Shown piece by piece: positions 1-12,395 of a stretch of 64,000 nucleotides of DNA. The stretch covers positions 71,300,001 to 71,364,000 of the forward strand of contig CM060733.1 in NCBI GenBank assembly GCA_030704615.1. The letters run 5' to 3'. Under the pieces are notes generated by a model that saw only the letters and a list, made by a program, of their open reading frames with translations, did not search any database and was not told where the DNA came from. This stretch comes from Takakia lepidozioides (Eukaryota > Plantae > Bryophyta). Position numbers and translations under genes: made by a program. Positions within the stretch are counted from its first letter, which is position 1, and each line of letters begins with the position of its first letter.

Positions 1-100
1 GTTGCTGCTCTGCCTAATTTATCTGCAAGCTGTTTTAACCGCCTAACTAACTAACTGTCACCCAAGAAGTAAGCACGTTCCCTCTGCAGATGTCGTTCAC
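1..100 (-). mobile_element. Small fragment resembling the family-A LTR interior
   Basis: Reverse complement reads GAACGACATCTGCAGAGGGAACGTGC...TGACAGTTAGT, similar to 1746-1793 and to the ~22750-22820 part of family-A LTRs. Confidence 0.45.
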
Positions 101-410
101 CTCTGGCAGCCCAGCCAACTGTGGGAAGACATGGAGACGCAAAATTGCAAACGAAATGTTGTTACGAATTGAAGAAGTGAAAGGAGCTATGAGTACCTGG
201 GTGAGATATCAGTCAGAAAGGATGTCAGTACCATCGCAATCTAGTAAGACAAAGCTGCAAAGTGTAACAGTACAAAATCCGTTCTATCAAATCATAGTGG
301 ATGTTGCAAACGAGCTGGTGGAGCATGGAATCAGAAGATTGAAAGAAACTGGAAACAAGTTCAGGGAAGTTTCCTGCCTAACTTCAATTTCATCAGACAA
401 AGCCCGATAG

Positions 411-581
411 CATCAATTCCTGGAGCTTGGAAGGAGTCTCCCCTATGCCTGCGAAGTCATCCGCAAACATAAGGGCTGGTATGGTGGCATCACCCACCTT
501 TAACCCAAACCCCTCACTTTCCACATGCTCCAGGAGTTGATTGATGAAAACATTGAAGAGCAGAGGGGAGAGAGTACATCC
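411..581 (-). mobile_element. Short LINE reverse-transcriptase fragment, same family as the TAF1-intron LINE
   Basis: Close match to ~58451-58622; minus strand encodes GCTLSPLLFNVFINQLLE...FADDFAG. Confidence 0.85.
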
Positions 582-1260
582 TAGAGCGTCTTTCCGCTTT
601 TAACACGGGCGTTACCCCTCTTTGTAGCGGTCCCACTAATTTACCCCTAGCTTGGTGTTTAACTTCATCTCCCACCATAGCTCGTCCCACGGCCCTTGGC
701 ACTGCCCAGAAGCCCCGCAACATCCCTGCTTCGCTCTCCCTCGTTTGCAAGACTCGCCTCTTTTAAACTATCTCTCGCTCATTTTTTTATCGTTTTATGG
801 GTGAATATGTTTTGCGACCACTTGGTACCTCCCCTCTCATCGAGCCCGTCGCATCAGGCCACAGGATAATCACCACGACTGCCTGCTCAAAGTTCACTAT
901 ACCAGCAGCTTTAAGGGCCACCTTACGGTGTATATGCTTCTCCGAGTAATGGTTACTATCTCGATTCTTACTCTGGCATATTCAAGCTCCCTTGCTTGGC
1001 GTTGGAAGTTCTACCACCCACCACCCCTCTTTCATCTATGGAGTTGCAACTCAACAGCTATGTCTACAGCGGTGCACCACCCTGCGTGGGTTGGTCTGAC
1101 TACCCCGAATCCATACGCAGTCTGCACTCGAGGGCTGCTTCCCCCTGTCATGTACCCTACTCTCAACAGGTGCTTCCCATGGTGCACAGCCTTTGAGCTC
1201 TCTGTTTATGCTAACGGTAATCTGGGCGGTTGGATACTTCCCCACCCCCCCCCCCCTCTC

Positions 1261-2046
1261 TGTTAGAGGGCTGTCTTGGACTTAGATAGTTTTACGGGTT
1301 CTGTGGGGTACCCTTAATTTTGCGCATACTTACAGATGGTAGGCTCAGACCAACAGAGGCCTTAGGGATGATAGACACAGGCCTTACGGGTGGTAGGCAG
1401 GCTCACACAGTCAGTCACAGGCTTACACAGCCTTACAAAGCCTGACACAGCTTGTCACAGTCTTACACAGTTAGACACAGCTTGACATAGCCTAACACAG
1501 TCAGTCACAGCCTTACATAGCCTACCACAGTCAGACACATCCTAACACAATCTGACACAGCCTACCACAGTCTGACATAGCTTACCACAGTCAGACACAG
1601 CCTAATACAGTGTGACACAACCTCATACAGTCAGTTACAACCTGACACAGCTTCACACAGCCAGTCACAGCCCGACACAACTTGGCACAGCCCGTCACAG
1701 CGTACATAGGGAACGGTTATCATTGGCAGGGAATGACTGTGTAGGAACGACATCTGCACAGGGAGCGTGCATTCTGTCTTGAATGACAGTTAGTGGCTTC
1801 AGCCTGATACTTGATAGATATTAATCTAATACATATTTCATACTCACACTGTGTAGAGAGACCTGAGTGAAGCTGTGGAATGGATGTCGAGAAGGAATAC
1901 AAATAGGAAGCACCCCCATGATACACTAGCTGTAGGTCATGACTGATTGTTCTGAGTGGGCTAAGTGCTTAGAGATTTCCAACTCTTCTATCTTGGAGTT
2001 CCCACCTCGGATAGCGAAGGGATGGGTGAGTAAAAGCCGCTCGATA
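1261..2046 (+). repeat. LTR of A1 (internally shortened; CACAGC array ~1375-1700)
   Basis: Same termini as the paired LTRs of A3; terminal CA reads TA here. Confidence 0.85.
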
Positions 2047-2634
2047 TTTGGCGACCATACTGGGGAACTGAGTCAAGAACAACCAGATGTGACAGGCATC
2101 TGGTGGGATCATGGTGGATGGAGAATCAAGGAATTTGATGTGAATCAAATTCCCTGTAAAACTGAGAAAGAAAGATTGTCCAAACAATTCTTTCAGAGGT
2201 TCTTGGAATTGCCAGACGGTTGCAATGAAAACATTGTTAAGAGAGTGCATGATGTTGATCCAGAGTGGGGTCTGGAGAAAGGAGTGATAAAAATTTATCA
2301 AGTGGCCTGTAGAGGGAAAGCAAGTTGGTTACCAACACTGGTTTATGTGATAGCATTGCTATCCATTAAACGAGTGGAGTTTGAAAGCTGGGAGGAACGG
2401 AAAGTGAATGTTTACACTCATATGCATGAAGAACTTGTATTGGTAAAGAATTGGATTCCTAAGGATATCCTGTGGATCAAACTTATACCAAGAACAGCTT
2501 TTCAGACGTGCTTGCCATATGGTTATATGGTAACGGAGCCTTCTAGTATAGCCAAGGGTGCATTAAAGCTTGAAAGAAATTCAGGCATATACGAGAGATA
2601 CTACAGAAGAGAGTTTTGGTTATTGCCTCATTAA
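1939..2634 (+). CDS. Extra ORF0 of family A upstream of gag, function unknown
   Basis: 231-aa ORF; homologous ORFs at 19767-20438 (-), ~36446-37147 and 42080-42562, with mostly synonymous differences. Confidence 0.7.
   Translation: MTDCSEWAKCLEISNSSILEFPPRIAKGWVSKSRSIFGDHTGELSQEQPDVTGIWWDHGGWRIKEFDVNQIPCKTEKERLSKQFFQRFLELPDGCNENIVKRVHDVDPEWGLEKGVIKIYQVACRGKASWLPTLVYVIALLSIKRVEFESWEERKVNVYTHMHEELVLVKNWIPKDILWIKLIPRTAFQTCLPYGYMVTEPSSIAKGALKLERNSGIYERYYRREFWLLPH
2049..2066 (+). promoter_or_regulatory. Primer-binding site, tRNA-Arg-like
   Basis: TGG start 2 nt after the LTR end; identical 18-mer at 20365-20382 (-) and 36553-36570 (+); resembles plant tRNA-Arg 3'-end complements (TGGCGAC...TGGGGA). 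Confidence 0.75.
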
Positions 2635-2654
2635 AGATATGAAAGACATGGGAC

Positions 2655-4115
2655 ATGAGTGATAAAAGAGAAGCTAGACTCCACAGATATTCAGCAAAAA
2701 AAAATATATATTTGAAAGCTAATTATCCATATCTCTGGGAGAGAGGAATAGACATAGGGGAATCATCTGGACCTCTCACACCATTGAGACCAGAGAGTAC
2801 ATCACCTATACCGGAAGAACCAGAGTTGGATGCCACTCCTTCTTATTCTTTACAAGAAAGATTAAGGGATTTGGTACAGGAAGAAGATCAGCCACGAGGG
2901 GAAAGATCTGAGGTACACCACTGGATTAAAGATTTGACAGAAATCTTTGATCAGAGTTGGCATGGAACACCAAAAGCAGGAACTCCAATTTCTGAAGCAC
3001 AAGACAAAGAAGGAGAGGAAGATGTGGCAGAGCCAACGGAGAGTTCAGACTCTCCAACACCACTTCAGTTGAGTTATATGAGTGAGGAAGAAAAAATCCA
3101 AGAGAAGAACTTGAAAGATGAAAACAGAGAGAATAATTTGGAAGATGAAGAGTATGAAGAAGTAGACCCAACAGTTGAGGTTGAGACTACAACCAGGACA
3201 TCCCAACCTGTTGGACCTGGATCAAGTGGAGCACTTGGATCACAAGCCAACAAAGATGTCGGCTCAGGGGGATCAGACGGGCAGCTTGGATCTGGCTCTG
3301 GGGGGACAGGGAGTGTGGGAAGTAGTGCAACTGGAGCTGGGGGTACTGCAAGTACAGGGGGGCCAGTAGCAGGGAGTGCTCAGGGACCAACACCTGGTGG
3401 GAGTTCCACCACTACAACAGCAGGTCCTCAAGGACCAACACCAACAGGAGGACCAGCACCTGTCAGAGGGCAGGGTGTAGGGCCACAGACGGCGGTACCT
3501 CCAACACGGGCAAAACCACATTTTCCAATATATGTAGGAAAAGGGGATCCTGATGTACACATCAGCCAATTTGAGCACATGTGTATTGTGAACAATGAGA
3601 ATGGCGATGATGCCAAGATGAGACTATTTCTTTGTTCACTTATCAAGAAAGCAAGTGAATGGTATGCAAGGTTTCCTAATAATCATTTCCTAACCTGGAA
3701 TGGCCTTAGTACAACATTCCGAAATAGGTTTAGGACAAGAAAAACTGAGGATGAAGTGTATGGGAGTTTACAACAGTTAAGGCAAAAGAAGCATGAAACT
3801 GTTGAAGAGTACATGGAAAAGATGGAGTTAATGATGAAAAAGCTGGCTGTTGGATTACAGAAGACTTGGTTTGTGAGTGGACTAAGACCTGAATTACAAA
3901 AGAAAGTGGATATGCTACCCCATAATACAGTGGAGGAGGCATTCGAAACAGCCAACAGAATTGAGCAATTGGGAATGCTCAGGAGAGATAAAAGGGATGA
4001 TGAGGACTCTGAAGACGAGTCAGATGAGGAAGAAGAGCAAGAGCTCAGGAGGAAGAGCAAGAAGAAGGAAAAGTTGAAGAGGGACAACTATGAAAAAGAT
4101 TGGAAGAAATCTTGA
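2655..4115 (+). CDS. gag: Gag (retrotransposon capsid domain), truncated
   Basis: DPDVHISQFEHMC...AKMRLFLCSLIKKASEWY...QKKHETVEEY...FVSGLRPELQ capsid-like motifs after an acidic, Gly/Pro/Ser-rich N-terminus. Confidence 0.85.
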   Translation: MSDKREARLHRYSAKKNIYLKANYPYLWERGIDIGESSGPLTPLRPESTSPIPEEPELDATPSYSLQERLRDLVQEEDQPRGERSEVHHWIKDLTEIFDQSWHGTPKAGTPISEAQDKEGEEDVAEPTESSDSPTPLQLSYMSEEEKIQEKNLKDENRENNLEDEEYEEVDPTVEVETTTRTSQPVGPGSSGALGSQANKDVGSGGSDGQLGSGSGGTGSVGSSATGAGGTASTGGPVAGSAQGPTPGGSSTTTTAGPQGPTPTGGPAPVRGQGVGPQTAVPPTRAKPHFPIYVGKGDPDVHISQFEHMCIVNNENGDDAKMRLFLCSLIKKASEWYARFPNNHFLTWNGLSTTFRNRFRTRKTEDEVYGSLQQLRQKKHETVEEYMEKMELMMKKLAVGLQKTWFVSGLRPELQKKVDMLPHNTVEEAFETANRIEQLGMLRRDKRDDEDSEDESDEEEEQELRRKSKKKEKLKRDNYEKDWKKS

Positions 4116-4155
4116 AAAAGTATGCCACAGAGGCTGCAACACATTGGAGGAAGGG

Positions 4156-6125
4156 CGCATAGGCAGCAAGTAGATTATTAGCTTCCCTCCAAGCCTTGTT
4201 AGTGACCAAGATTTCATTTCTATTGGCCACGAGCGTTTGTTGCAACTCCAGGATGTACTTCTCTTGGTCAGCTTCAACCTGCCTGTATTGCTTGAAAGTA
4301 TCCTCATTGCGAGAGATTGTATTCTTCATATCGACAATGAGTTTCATTTGCTCAACATTCTCTTGTTCTGCCTTCGTACATTTTTCCGCTTGACTGTTTA
4401 TTTCTTTTGTAGATTGGTCAAGCATAGTTGTGAATGTAGCACATTGTATCGCCATCCTGTCATGCACTGTCTGCAACTCCGTATGTAGTGCATTCACTTC
4501 TTGCAACTTTTTTTCATGCTGCACCTGCATTTGGTATAGCTGTTGCTTATGTGCTTCGTGCGACTGGTCTTGCGCGAGGCCTGCCTCAATCAATTGTTCC
4601 TTGGCCAATTTGCAAAGCCGCTTCTGTTTTTGCAAGTCCTGCTGCATCTTGAGAGTGACCTCCTCATCGACCTTGTTTGCACACTCAGTGGCTAGTCGAG
4701 CCTCAAACTCCTTCCTGAGTTCTCTCTCAAGGCTGTCAATTGGGTAGTTGGAACATGGGATTTGACATAAGTCCCAACAAATTAAGTGTCTTGCCTATGG
4801 AACTCATCAGCATTGCCTGTTGAGGGTCATCATAGTGAGGTTGTTGCTGTTCCTCCTGATCCTCAACCATGTGATGTCTCACGAACCACTCAGGCCATTG
4901 CCCCACCGGATTTTCTTCCTGAACTACTTCATCCATCACCGGTGCTGCAGTGTCTTGACATTCTACCTGTGGTACCTCCGACACAGTGTGTGTGTATTAT
5001 ATGCACCTCAGGATTTCCTTGGCAACTGTTGCACCTCTGGAATCTCTGTCTCCTTGACCAGACCAGAATATTCATAGAGAATGTCCCCCTTCTCAATTTC
5101 TGCCCACTATCTGTTCTGTAGTTGGAATATCTAACCCTTCTTTTTCCAAATCAATTATTTCTGGTTGAGCTGCATGGACAACTTGTAACCTTGTGACAAG
5201 CCGATCAGCTGGCTGTGATGGTTGTGATACTGAAGTAACTTCCTCCTCCCTCTCTGAAGGTCCTCCTTCCAGTAATAGCAGTTCTCTATGCTGCTGTGCC
5301 CCTTCCTGCACATGAGCTTGGGAAACATTATCATGCGGAATCCGTGAAGCCAGTGGATCCGCCACTACAGTCTTTCCCCGTCTCTGCCTCTTAGTCTCGG
5401 GTTGCCCTGCTAGTCCACCCTCACTGTGTGAAGAGCCTTGCTCTTTCCATTGCAGTGGTTTCTGGCTCAAACACTCCCATCTCCTTTCTTTTCTTGCGCA
5501 TCAAGTATGCCAGAATCAAGAATTATTTGAGCAATGATTGGGCCAGACACTATGATAAGAGACTTTGCGGTAGTACCTTGTAATCTTTTCATCTCCTCTA
5601 CCAGTGCGTTGTACATTATGTCCGCCCATTCTACCTCTTGTCCTTTCAGGGCTTTGAGTATTTCCTCCGTGAAGGATTTGCTCAAATACTGTTGGTTCTG
5701 TTTTATGGCAATCAGAACGTTCAATACCTGGCCTACTCCTTTAGCCCTGGGTACACGGCCTTGGTACAAGCATAACCCTGAGTTTTAAAGAAACTCCCTT
5801 CTTGGAATAAGTCCCCTATTTGGAGTCTTGCCCTGTGCTCCTCCACATGCACCTGACCTGCTGGCAATCGAAACAATTGCTGGAGGTATAGGGGAGTAAT
5901 TACTAATTCAACTCCTTTCACCGTTGTTGTTCATGTCCTTGGCTCAAAGTTCTGCAAGAATTGTAACATGTACTGTCTATGGTGCAATGTCCAATCTATG
6001 CTTTGCAATCCTTGCAATCTCAGCTCCTTCAATATCTGTATCGCCTGTGGGGTAGCAATTGTTTGTTTCTGCAGAATTGTGGTGCTCTTCACCCTGATTT
6101 CCTCCATTCCTCTCACTCTCTTCAT
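4156..6125 (-). pseudogene. Additional ORF 3' of pol in A2: globular N-terminal domain, disordered linker, long coiled coil
   Basis: Consecutive same-strand fragments 5931-6254, 5733-5921, 5467-5769, 5093-5470, 4736-4984, 4045-4647; the last is Q/E/K/L heptad-rich. Confidence 0.65.
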
Positions 6126-6829
6126 TTTAGACCCACAGAAATATTTTGGCTGTAACAACTGCAGAAATGCCTGTAGTGCACAAAGCATAAACGTATGGTT
6201 GCCACAAAAGCTATGGGTAATTTCTTGTAAGCCTGCGGGGCTTGCAAGCATCACTCAAGAGAAAAGCTCCGCTCTGTTGTTTCGTGTCTATGCCACTGCG
6301 TAAGTAATATTGCGAGCGTATAGTCTGTTAGTTCCTCCATAGTTTCCAAGCTATAGCATTGATGGTCTGTCCGTCGAGACGCCGTTACTCAGAACGACGC
6401 CGCCTCTTGCGCTTAATTTCCCTCCAATTTCTTGATCCTTTCTCTGGCTTTCTATTGGCTGTAACCGCTGTGACTGGATTTTAGATTTCATTTTCTTTAG
6501 TGGACTTTCCCTGCTGGATAGTCCACTAGGATCACACCTGTGACAAGAATTTCGCTTTTCTGTACTTGCCCTTTGTTCCGTTCCCTTTTACCGTATTCAT
6601 TAATGGGCCCGCCTTTCATCCAATTTGACGCGCTGATTAGGTATTTTGACGGCCATTCTTGTCTTCTTTCTTGATGACACCTGTTCTTGCACTTCCTTCT
6701 CAGCTGTGTGTCGCGCCCTGACTTCCACGTGTCCATTTTTAAACTCGTTTCCGTCCTTTCTTCCGTCAGCCATTTTCCTGAAGTTATTGTGCGCCCACCT
6801 GTCACTGATTCTATGGATCGTGTAATCCT

Positions 6830-7040
6830 AGTAGGCTGTGTTGAGCTGTGACAGGTTGTGTCATACAGTGGTACGTTGTGATAGGCTGTGACATGCGGTG
6901 GTAGGTTGTGATAGGCTGTGTTGCGCCGTGTTGGGCTGTGATAGGCTGTGTCACGTTGTGATGGACTGTGATAGGCTGTGTTTCGCCTTGATGGGCTGTG
7001 ATAGGCTGTGTTTCGCCTTGATAGGCTGTGATAGGCATGT
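6830..7040. repeat. ~30-bp tandem array (GGCTGTGATAGGCTGTG core) just downstream of the integrase; sister copy ~13525-13740
   Basis: Direct inspection; gives repeated TAYHS/QPIT peptides in the ORF track. Confidence 0.85.
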
Positions 7041-10000
7041 GTCACGTTTGTTCTGTCCACCCTGGTCATATATGCTTGGCCTAGCGACAAATGCTCCATA
7101 CTCCGTTGGTAACACTGGCGCAGCCCGTGACTGCTCTTGCGTTTCAACATGCAAATCATGCTGTAATGGTTTGTCATGGATACCACTGTATCCCTTCAAC
7201 TTATTGGCATTGACTCTTCCCAGCATCTCTTTGTTAATGGTTTGTAACATGGCGGTGTTGTTATCATACATCTTTTGTATGACATAAGGTCCTTTCCAGG
7301 GTGATTTAAGCTTAGAAGCTTTAATCTTTCCTTTCTTCTGCAACCATAGAACCAAATCCCCCGTCTTAAAAGTCTTTAACTTGCCTTCATCAAACTGTTC
7401 CTTTCTCTTCATCTGAATTCTGGTCATATTATCAGCTGCATCAGCACGTACTTCTTCCACATGGTATAATTCATGTTTCCTGACCTTAATGGAATCTTGC
7501 AATTCCATTCTCTTTCCCCACTCCGTTTTCATGGTAGGTAACAGGAATTCCACTGGAAGTAAGGCTTCCATACCATAAACTAATTGGAATGGTGTATACT
7601 TAGTGGTGACTTTATATGAAGTCCTGTATGACCACAAAGCTGTCAGCAGCTTTGTATCCCAATCCGTTCTGTTTGTATTGACTATCTTAGCCAAGATAGT
7701 ACATAGTATTTTGTTGGTAACCTCTGCCTGCCCATTACCCTGTGGGTAATATGTTGTACTCTTTCTATGCACAATCATGAACTCTTTAGTCAACAACAAT
7801 GGTCTCATTCATGAAGTGGCTTCCCTGATCATCACTGATAAATTCTAAGGGACAGCCAAATCGTGTAAGTATGTTCTCATACAGGAACCTTGCTGTGGAC
7901 TTGGCTGAGTTGTCCCTCAAAGCTTTAGCTTCCACCCACTTTGTAGTATAATCAGTGGCTGTAATTATGTACCTGTTCCGTGTATTCTTGGCTGGTGGGT
8001 TAATCGGTCCAACAAAGTCTAGTCCCCATTTCTGAAATGGTTCCGTAGGCATTGTAGGATGCAAGGCCATCTTTCCAGATCTCTGCAAAGGTCCTAGCCT
8101 CTGACATTCATCACAACTCTGACAATACTCATGTACAACTTTGAACAAAGTAGGCCACCAGTAACCTGCGAAGAGTATCTTCCTACTGGTAGTCTCTTCT
8201 CCAAAATGACCTCCAGCCACTCCTTTATGAACTTCCTCCAAACTTTATTTACTTCATGGTGGTACAAGCATCGTTTTAGTACTCCATCAGGTCCTAGCTT
8301 ATACATTCAGCTTCCTACCATAGTATAAGGTAAAGCTTTGATAGCGATTCTCTTCCTCTGCTCCTTACCATAACTAGGTGGGCACTGACCATGAGCAAGG
8401 TAGTATCTGATTGGCCACTGCCAATCTAACCAGTCATCTGCACTTCCTTGCACCTCCACTTCAAATAGACTCGCATCTGGTAATTGATCATCTATTCCTG
8501 TGGCTGATTTTCCTGTTGATAACTGTGACAAGTGATCCACCACAAGATGCAGTCTCCCAGGCTTGTAAACAACCTCGAACTCAAACTCGTGCAAGATTAT
8601 CAACCATCTTGCTATTCTTCCGCTTATCAGAGGTTTATTTACCAGGTATATCAGAGCCTGGTGATCCACATAGAACATAAACTTCTTGCCCAACAGGTAA
8701 TGCCTAAATTTCTTCACTGCATAGATCAGCTGTCCATGCAAACACTGCATCTTTCTTCAAAAGCTTGCTCAATGGTGCTGTTATCTGTGCATACCGTTTG
8801 ACAAATCTTCTGTAATAACTGGTTTGTCCAAGGAATCTCCTTACACTCTTAACATTTACTGGTGGTGGAGAGGCTTTAATGGCATTTTTCTTTCTAGGAT
8901 CCACAAGAAGTCGCCTCTTACACACAATGTGTCCCAAAAGTACCCCTGAGTTTACACAGAAAGTACACTTCTCTGGATTCAGGCCCAAACCTCTCATCCT
9001 GCATCTGGCCAAACATAACTCCAATTTATGCAAGTGCTCATTCTGAGAGCTGTACACACTAAAAATCATCCAAGAACACCTGCATGAAATCATCCAGATA
9101 CTCATGAAAAGATTCACTTATCACTCTCTGAAAGGTTGTTGGTGCATTACAAAGTCCAAAAGGCATGACTTTGTATGCATAAGCACCCCAGTCTATGATG
9201 AAAGCTGTCTTTCCCTGGTCTTCTTCTGCCACTTGCACTTGGTTATACCCACTGAAGCCATCCATGAATGAGTACATCTCATGGCCTGCCACAGTGTCCA
9301 GTACCGCTTCTGTGAATGGTAAAGGGAAAGGATCTTTCTTCGTACAAGCATTCAACTTCTTATAGTTCACACAAACTCTCAGTTTACCATTCTTCTTGGG
9401 AACTATCACAATGGGTGACAACCAAGTTGTATACTCTCGGGTATATAAAACTTAGCCTCAGCCAAACTTCTTGATCTCTTCTCCAACCTTGTGTGCATAG
9501 TTGGGATTCATTCTGTACCTTGCCTGTTTGATTGGTACTGACCCTGGTTCCAGTTCAATCTTATGCTGACAGATTTCAGGTGGTATCCCTTTTAGATCCT
9601 CGTAGCTCCAAGCAAATACATCTCTGTATTTGATGAACAGACTCTTAGCTTCCTCAAAGAATTCTGGCTCCAAATCAGCTCCTACCTTCACCATCCTCGA
9701 TTCCCCTTCAGTTCCCACATTCACTTCTCTCACCTGCTCATCAGATGTGATTGTCCATCCATTCACCACTTCATCCTGTAAACTCACAGTGGCTGGTTCC
9801 TCTAGGATTTCCATTTCTCCCTCTCTTTCTTCATAGAAATGTGGTGGATAACTGCTTGTTTCATCCTCAATTGGTGTTGTTGTCACTACACCACAGCAGA
9901 TACCTTTTAAACAACTTAGGCCCTCCAGTTGCATTTCTGCAACCTGCTCCCACTCTGGGTGTCCAGCGAACAGGGTAGCTTCCTGCTCCTCATCAAGTCC

Positions 10001-10460
10001 TCTCCTCAAGTCATACTCTCTGACTCCCCGAGGTCTTCTCGTAGCAGGTAGTCTACTAGATTTTTTTGTGGTGATTTTGTATCTTGTGCTTCCCATCATG
10101 CACAGTTAGTAACTGGGAATTCCAGTCATGGAATACCCTGGCCTGTTTCAGCCATGGTCGACCCAGCAATAAGGAGTAAGCTTCCATGATATCATCCATT
10201 TTCAACACAGTCACAGTGATCTTAAAGATCATCTTTTGAATCTGTATCTTAACTCCTCTTATCAAACCCAATGGCTGAACACTTATTTGATCTGCCATTG
10301 TTACTGTGAATGGGGCTGGTTTCATGTTACTTAAACCAAGCTTATGCCTTAATTGGTTTGTTATGATATTCACTCCAGAGCCTCCATCTATCAGTACATC
10401 AATCAAGTCTGTGCTTCCAATTCTCAATTGGATTACTGGCATAGAATCATCAAAGTCCAT
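6951..10460 (-). pseudogene. pol: pol of A2 (PR, RT, partly deleted RNase H, integrase)
   Basis: ORF pieces 10056-10460, 9458-10099, 9059-9421, 8704-9117, 8307-8750, 7786-8241, 6951-7808. About 240 bp containing CDASG is missing at ~8730 relative to A3. Confidence 0.9.
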
Positions 10461-11339
10461 GACTATTTATTGCCTTTCCGGCTTCACAGTATAGCTTGTC
10501 ACCTTGCTGTTCAGGTCTGTGTTCCCTGTCACATGAGCAATCTAATTAATTGCTTGATACAGCCTGTGCCTACAATAAGGTGCCACAACCACTAGCTGTC
10601 CAATGGTAATCTCCGCTATGGACTGGCATATTACCTCAGCCAAAGTCCCTTCATTACTCCGCACTTCTGCAGCTTTCTTCTTTCCTTCATCCTCACTCTC
10701 TTCATCTTCTCTTCCAGAATCAGAGGAATCTGCCATAGGGATATTAGTACTCTTCTGCATTTCCCTTATGGTATCTGCCACTTCCTTGTGCAGTTCCTTC
10801 TCATCTCTCCAAGCCTCATCATCTTCAGGCACATCACTGCCATCTTCATTATCATCATCTTCCTCATCTACTGGAGGTATTAGTTTAGCTTTGCTTCTGG
10901 TTACCATCATTGTACTTACTTCTGGTACAACACATGGCCTAACCATGTGAGCTGCCACCACTGGCCCCTCATTCACAGGAGCTCTCATCTCATTCTGGTG
11001 TCTCTGCAGAATGGACAGGCTGCCTTGCGATGTCCCGCCTGATTACAAAAGTAACACAGTTCTTCCCCATTAGGTCCTCGCCTTGGTCTGTTCTGGGATT
11101 GTTTCTATAATCCTGATTCCCTGGCTGGTAATTCCCCCTTGGATTACCCTGATAGTTGCCTCTAGGATTGCCTTGGTAATTCCCTCTTGGATTACCTCTC
11201 CATTCCATACCATTGTTATAACCACCAGGCCTACCATAGTGGTCCTGATCATTGTTCCTTCTTGGCTGGGGCTGCACTTGATGCACCCTTACTTGCCTAG
11301 GTTCTCTAGCTGTTGTCCTTATGTTGTAGTAACAATTCT

Positions 11340-12378
11340 TGTCGCGCGGCTTTTACTCACCCATCCCTTCGCTATCGGAGGCGGAAACTCCAAGATAGAA
11401 GAGTTGGAAATCTCTAAGCACTCAGCCCGCTCAGAACAATCAGTCATGACCTACAGCTAGTGTATCATGGGGGTGTTTCCTATTTTTTTTCCTTCCTGCA
11501 TTCATGTTAGCTAGTTACCTTCCTGTTGGTAATTAAGTATCAATTTGCTTCAGCAATCTATCGGATTCCATCAACTCATCCATTCATTCCACAGCTTCAC
11601 TCAGATCTCTCTACATAGTGTGAGTATGAAGTATGTATCAGATTAATATCTATCAAGTATCAGGCTGAAGCCATGGAGTCTCTAATCTGCTCTACATTAC
11701 AACTCTACTGCTTGCATTCATCAAGCATCAACATATCGTTCTCCTCCTACTCCGTGCTCACCCTCTTTCTGCTCAAAGATCCGCTCTCCCCTTCATTTCC
11801 AAGTCGTGATCCTCTTCCCCCGAAGTCCTTCCAGAAGTGATCCCCCCCGAATTGATCCTTTTCCAGTCCTCGCTCCTGGCTTTATGTTCTAACCGTTTTC
11901 CTCACTAACCGTCATCCATGAACTAACATGTTCCATTCGGAGATGTTGTTTCCCCCCATTCGTTCCCTGTCCTGCTATCCGTTCCCTATGGTCGTGACAG
12001 CTGTGTCAAGCTGTGACTGGCTGTGCGACTGTGTTGGGCTGTGTCGGCTGTGTCGAGTTGTGACTGGCTGTGATGGCTGTGTCTGGCTGTGTCGGACTGT
12101 GACGGGCTGTGTTGGCTGTGACGAGCTGTGTTGGCTGTGACGGGCTGTGTTGGCTGTGACGGGCTGTGTCAGCTGTGCGAAGCTGTGACGGGCTGTGTTG
12201 GCTGTGTTGGACTGTGACGGCTGTGACGGGCTTTGATGGACTGTGTTGGGCTGTGTATCTCCCCCCCTAAAGCCTGTTGCTGTCAGCCCTAAGGCTCCTG
12301 TTGGTCTCAGTCTGTGTAAAATTAAGGGTACCCCACAGATCCCGTAAAAGCGTCTAAGTCTCAAGCAGTCCTCTAACA
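11340..12378 (-). repeat. 3' LTR of A3
   Basis: Highly similar to 20385-21444; preceded on the minus strand by a polypurine tract. Confidence 0.95.
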
Positions 12379-12395
12379 TTATCCCTTCCCCTCTC
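12379..12395 (-). promoter_or_regulatory. Polypurine tract of A3
   Basis: Minus strand GAGAGGGGAAGGGATAA immediately before the LTR TG. Confidence 0.85.

Larger units (their letters stand above)
1261..4155 (+). mobile_element. Ty3/gypsy family A copy A1: 5' LTR, PBS, extra ORF0 and gag; 3'-truncated
   Basis: LTR starts TGTTAGAGG at 1261 and ends ~2046; PBS TGGCGACCATACTGGGGA at 2049-2066; gag breaks off at ~4155, abutting the opposite-strand copy A2. Confidence 0.9.
4156..11339 (-). mobile_element. Family A copy A2, 3' part: gag end, PR-RT-RH-INT and 3' extra ORF; frameshifted. Its gag continues at 21445-22288
   Basis: LIDGGSG protease, SFMDGFSGYNQ/MPFGLCNAP/FLDD RT, RNase H tail, HxxxxxGH/CxxC and GLDFVGP/DQGSHF/PQGNGQAE integrase; gag sequence is colinear across the A3 insertion. 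Confidence 0.9.

Noticed and set aside
582-1260. Short ORFs between the LINE fragment and A1
   Set aside because: No recognisable motifs or splice pattern; left unassigned.
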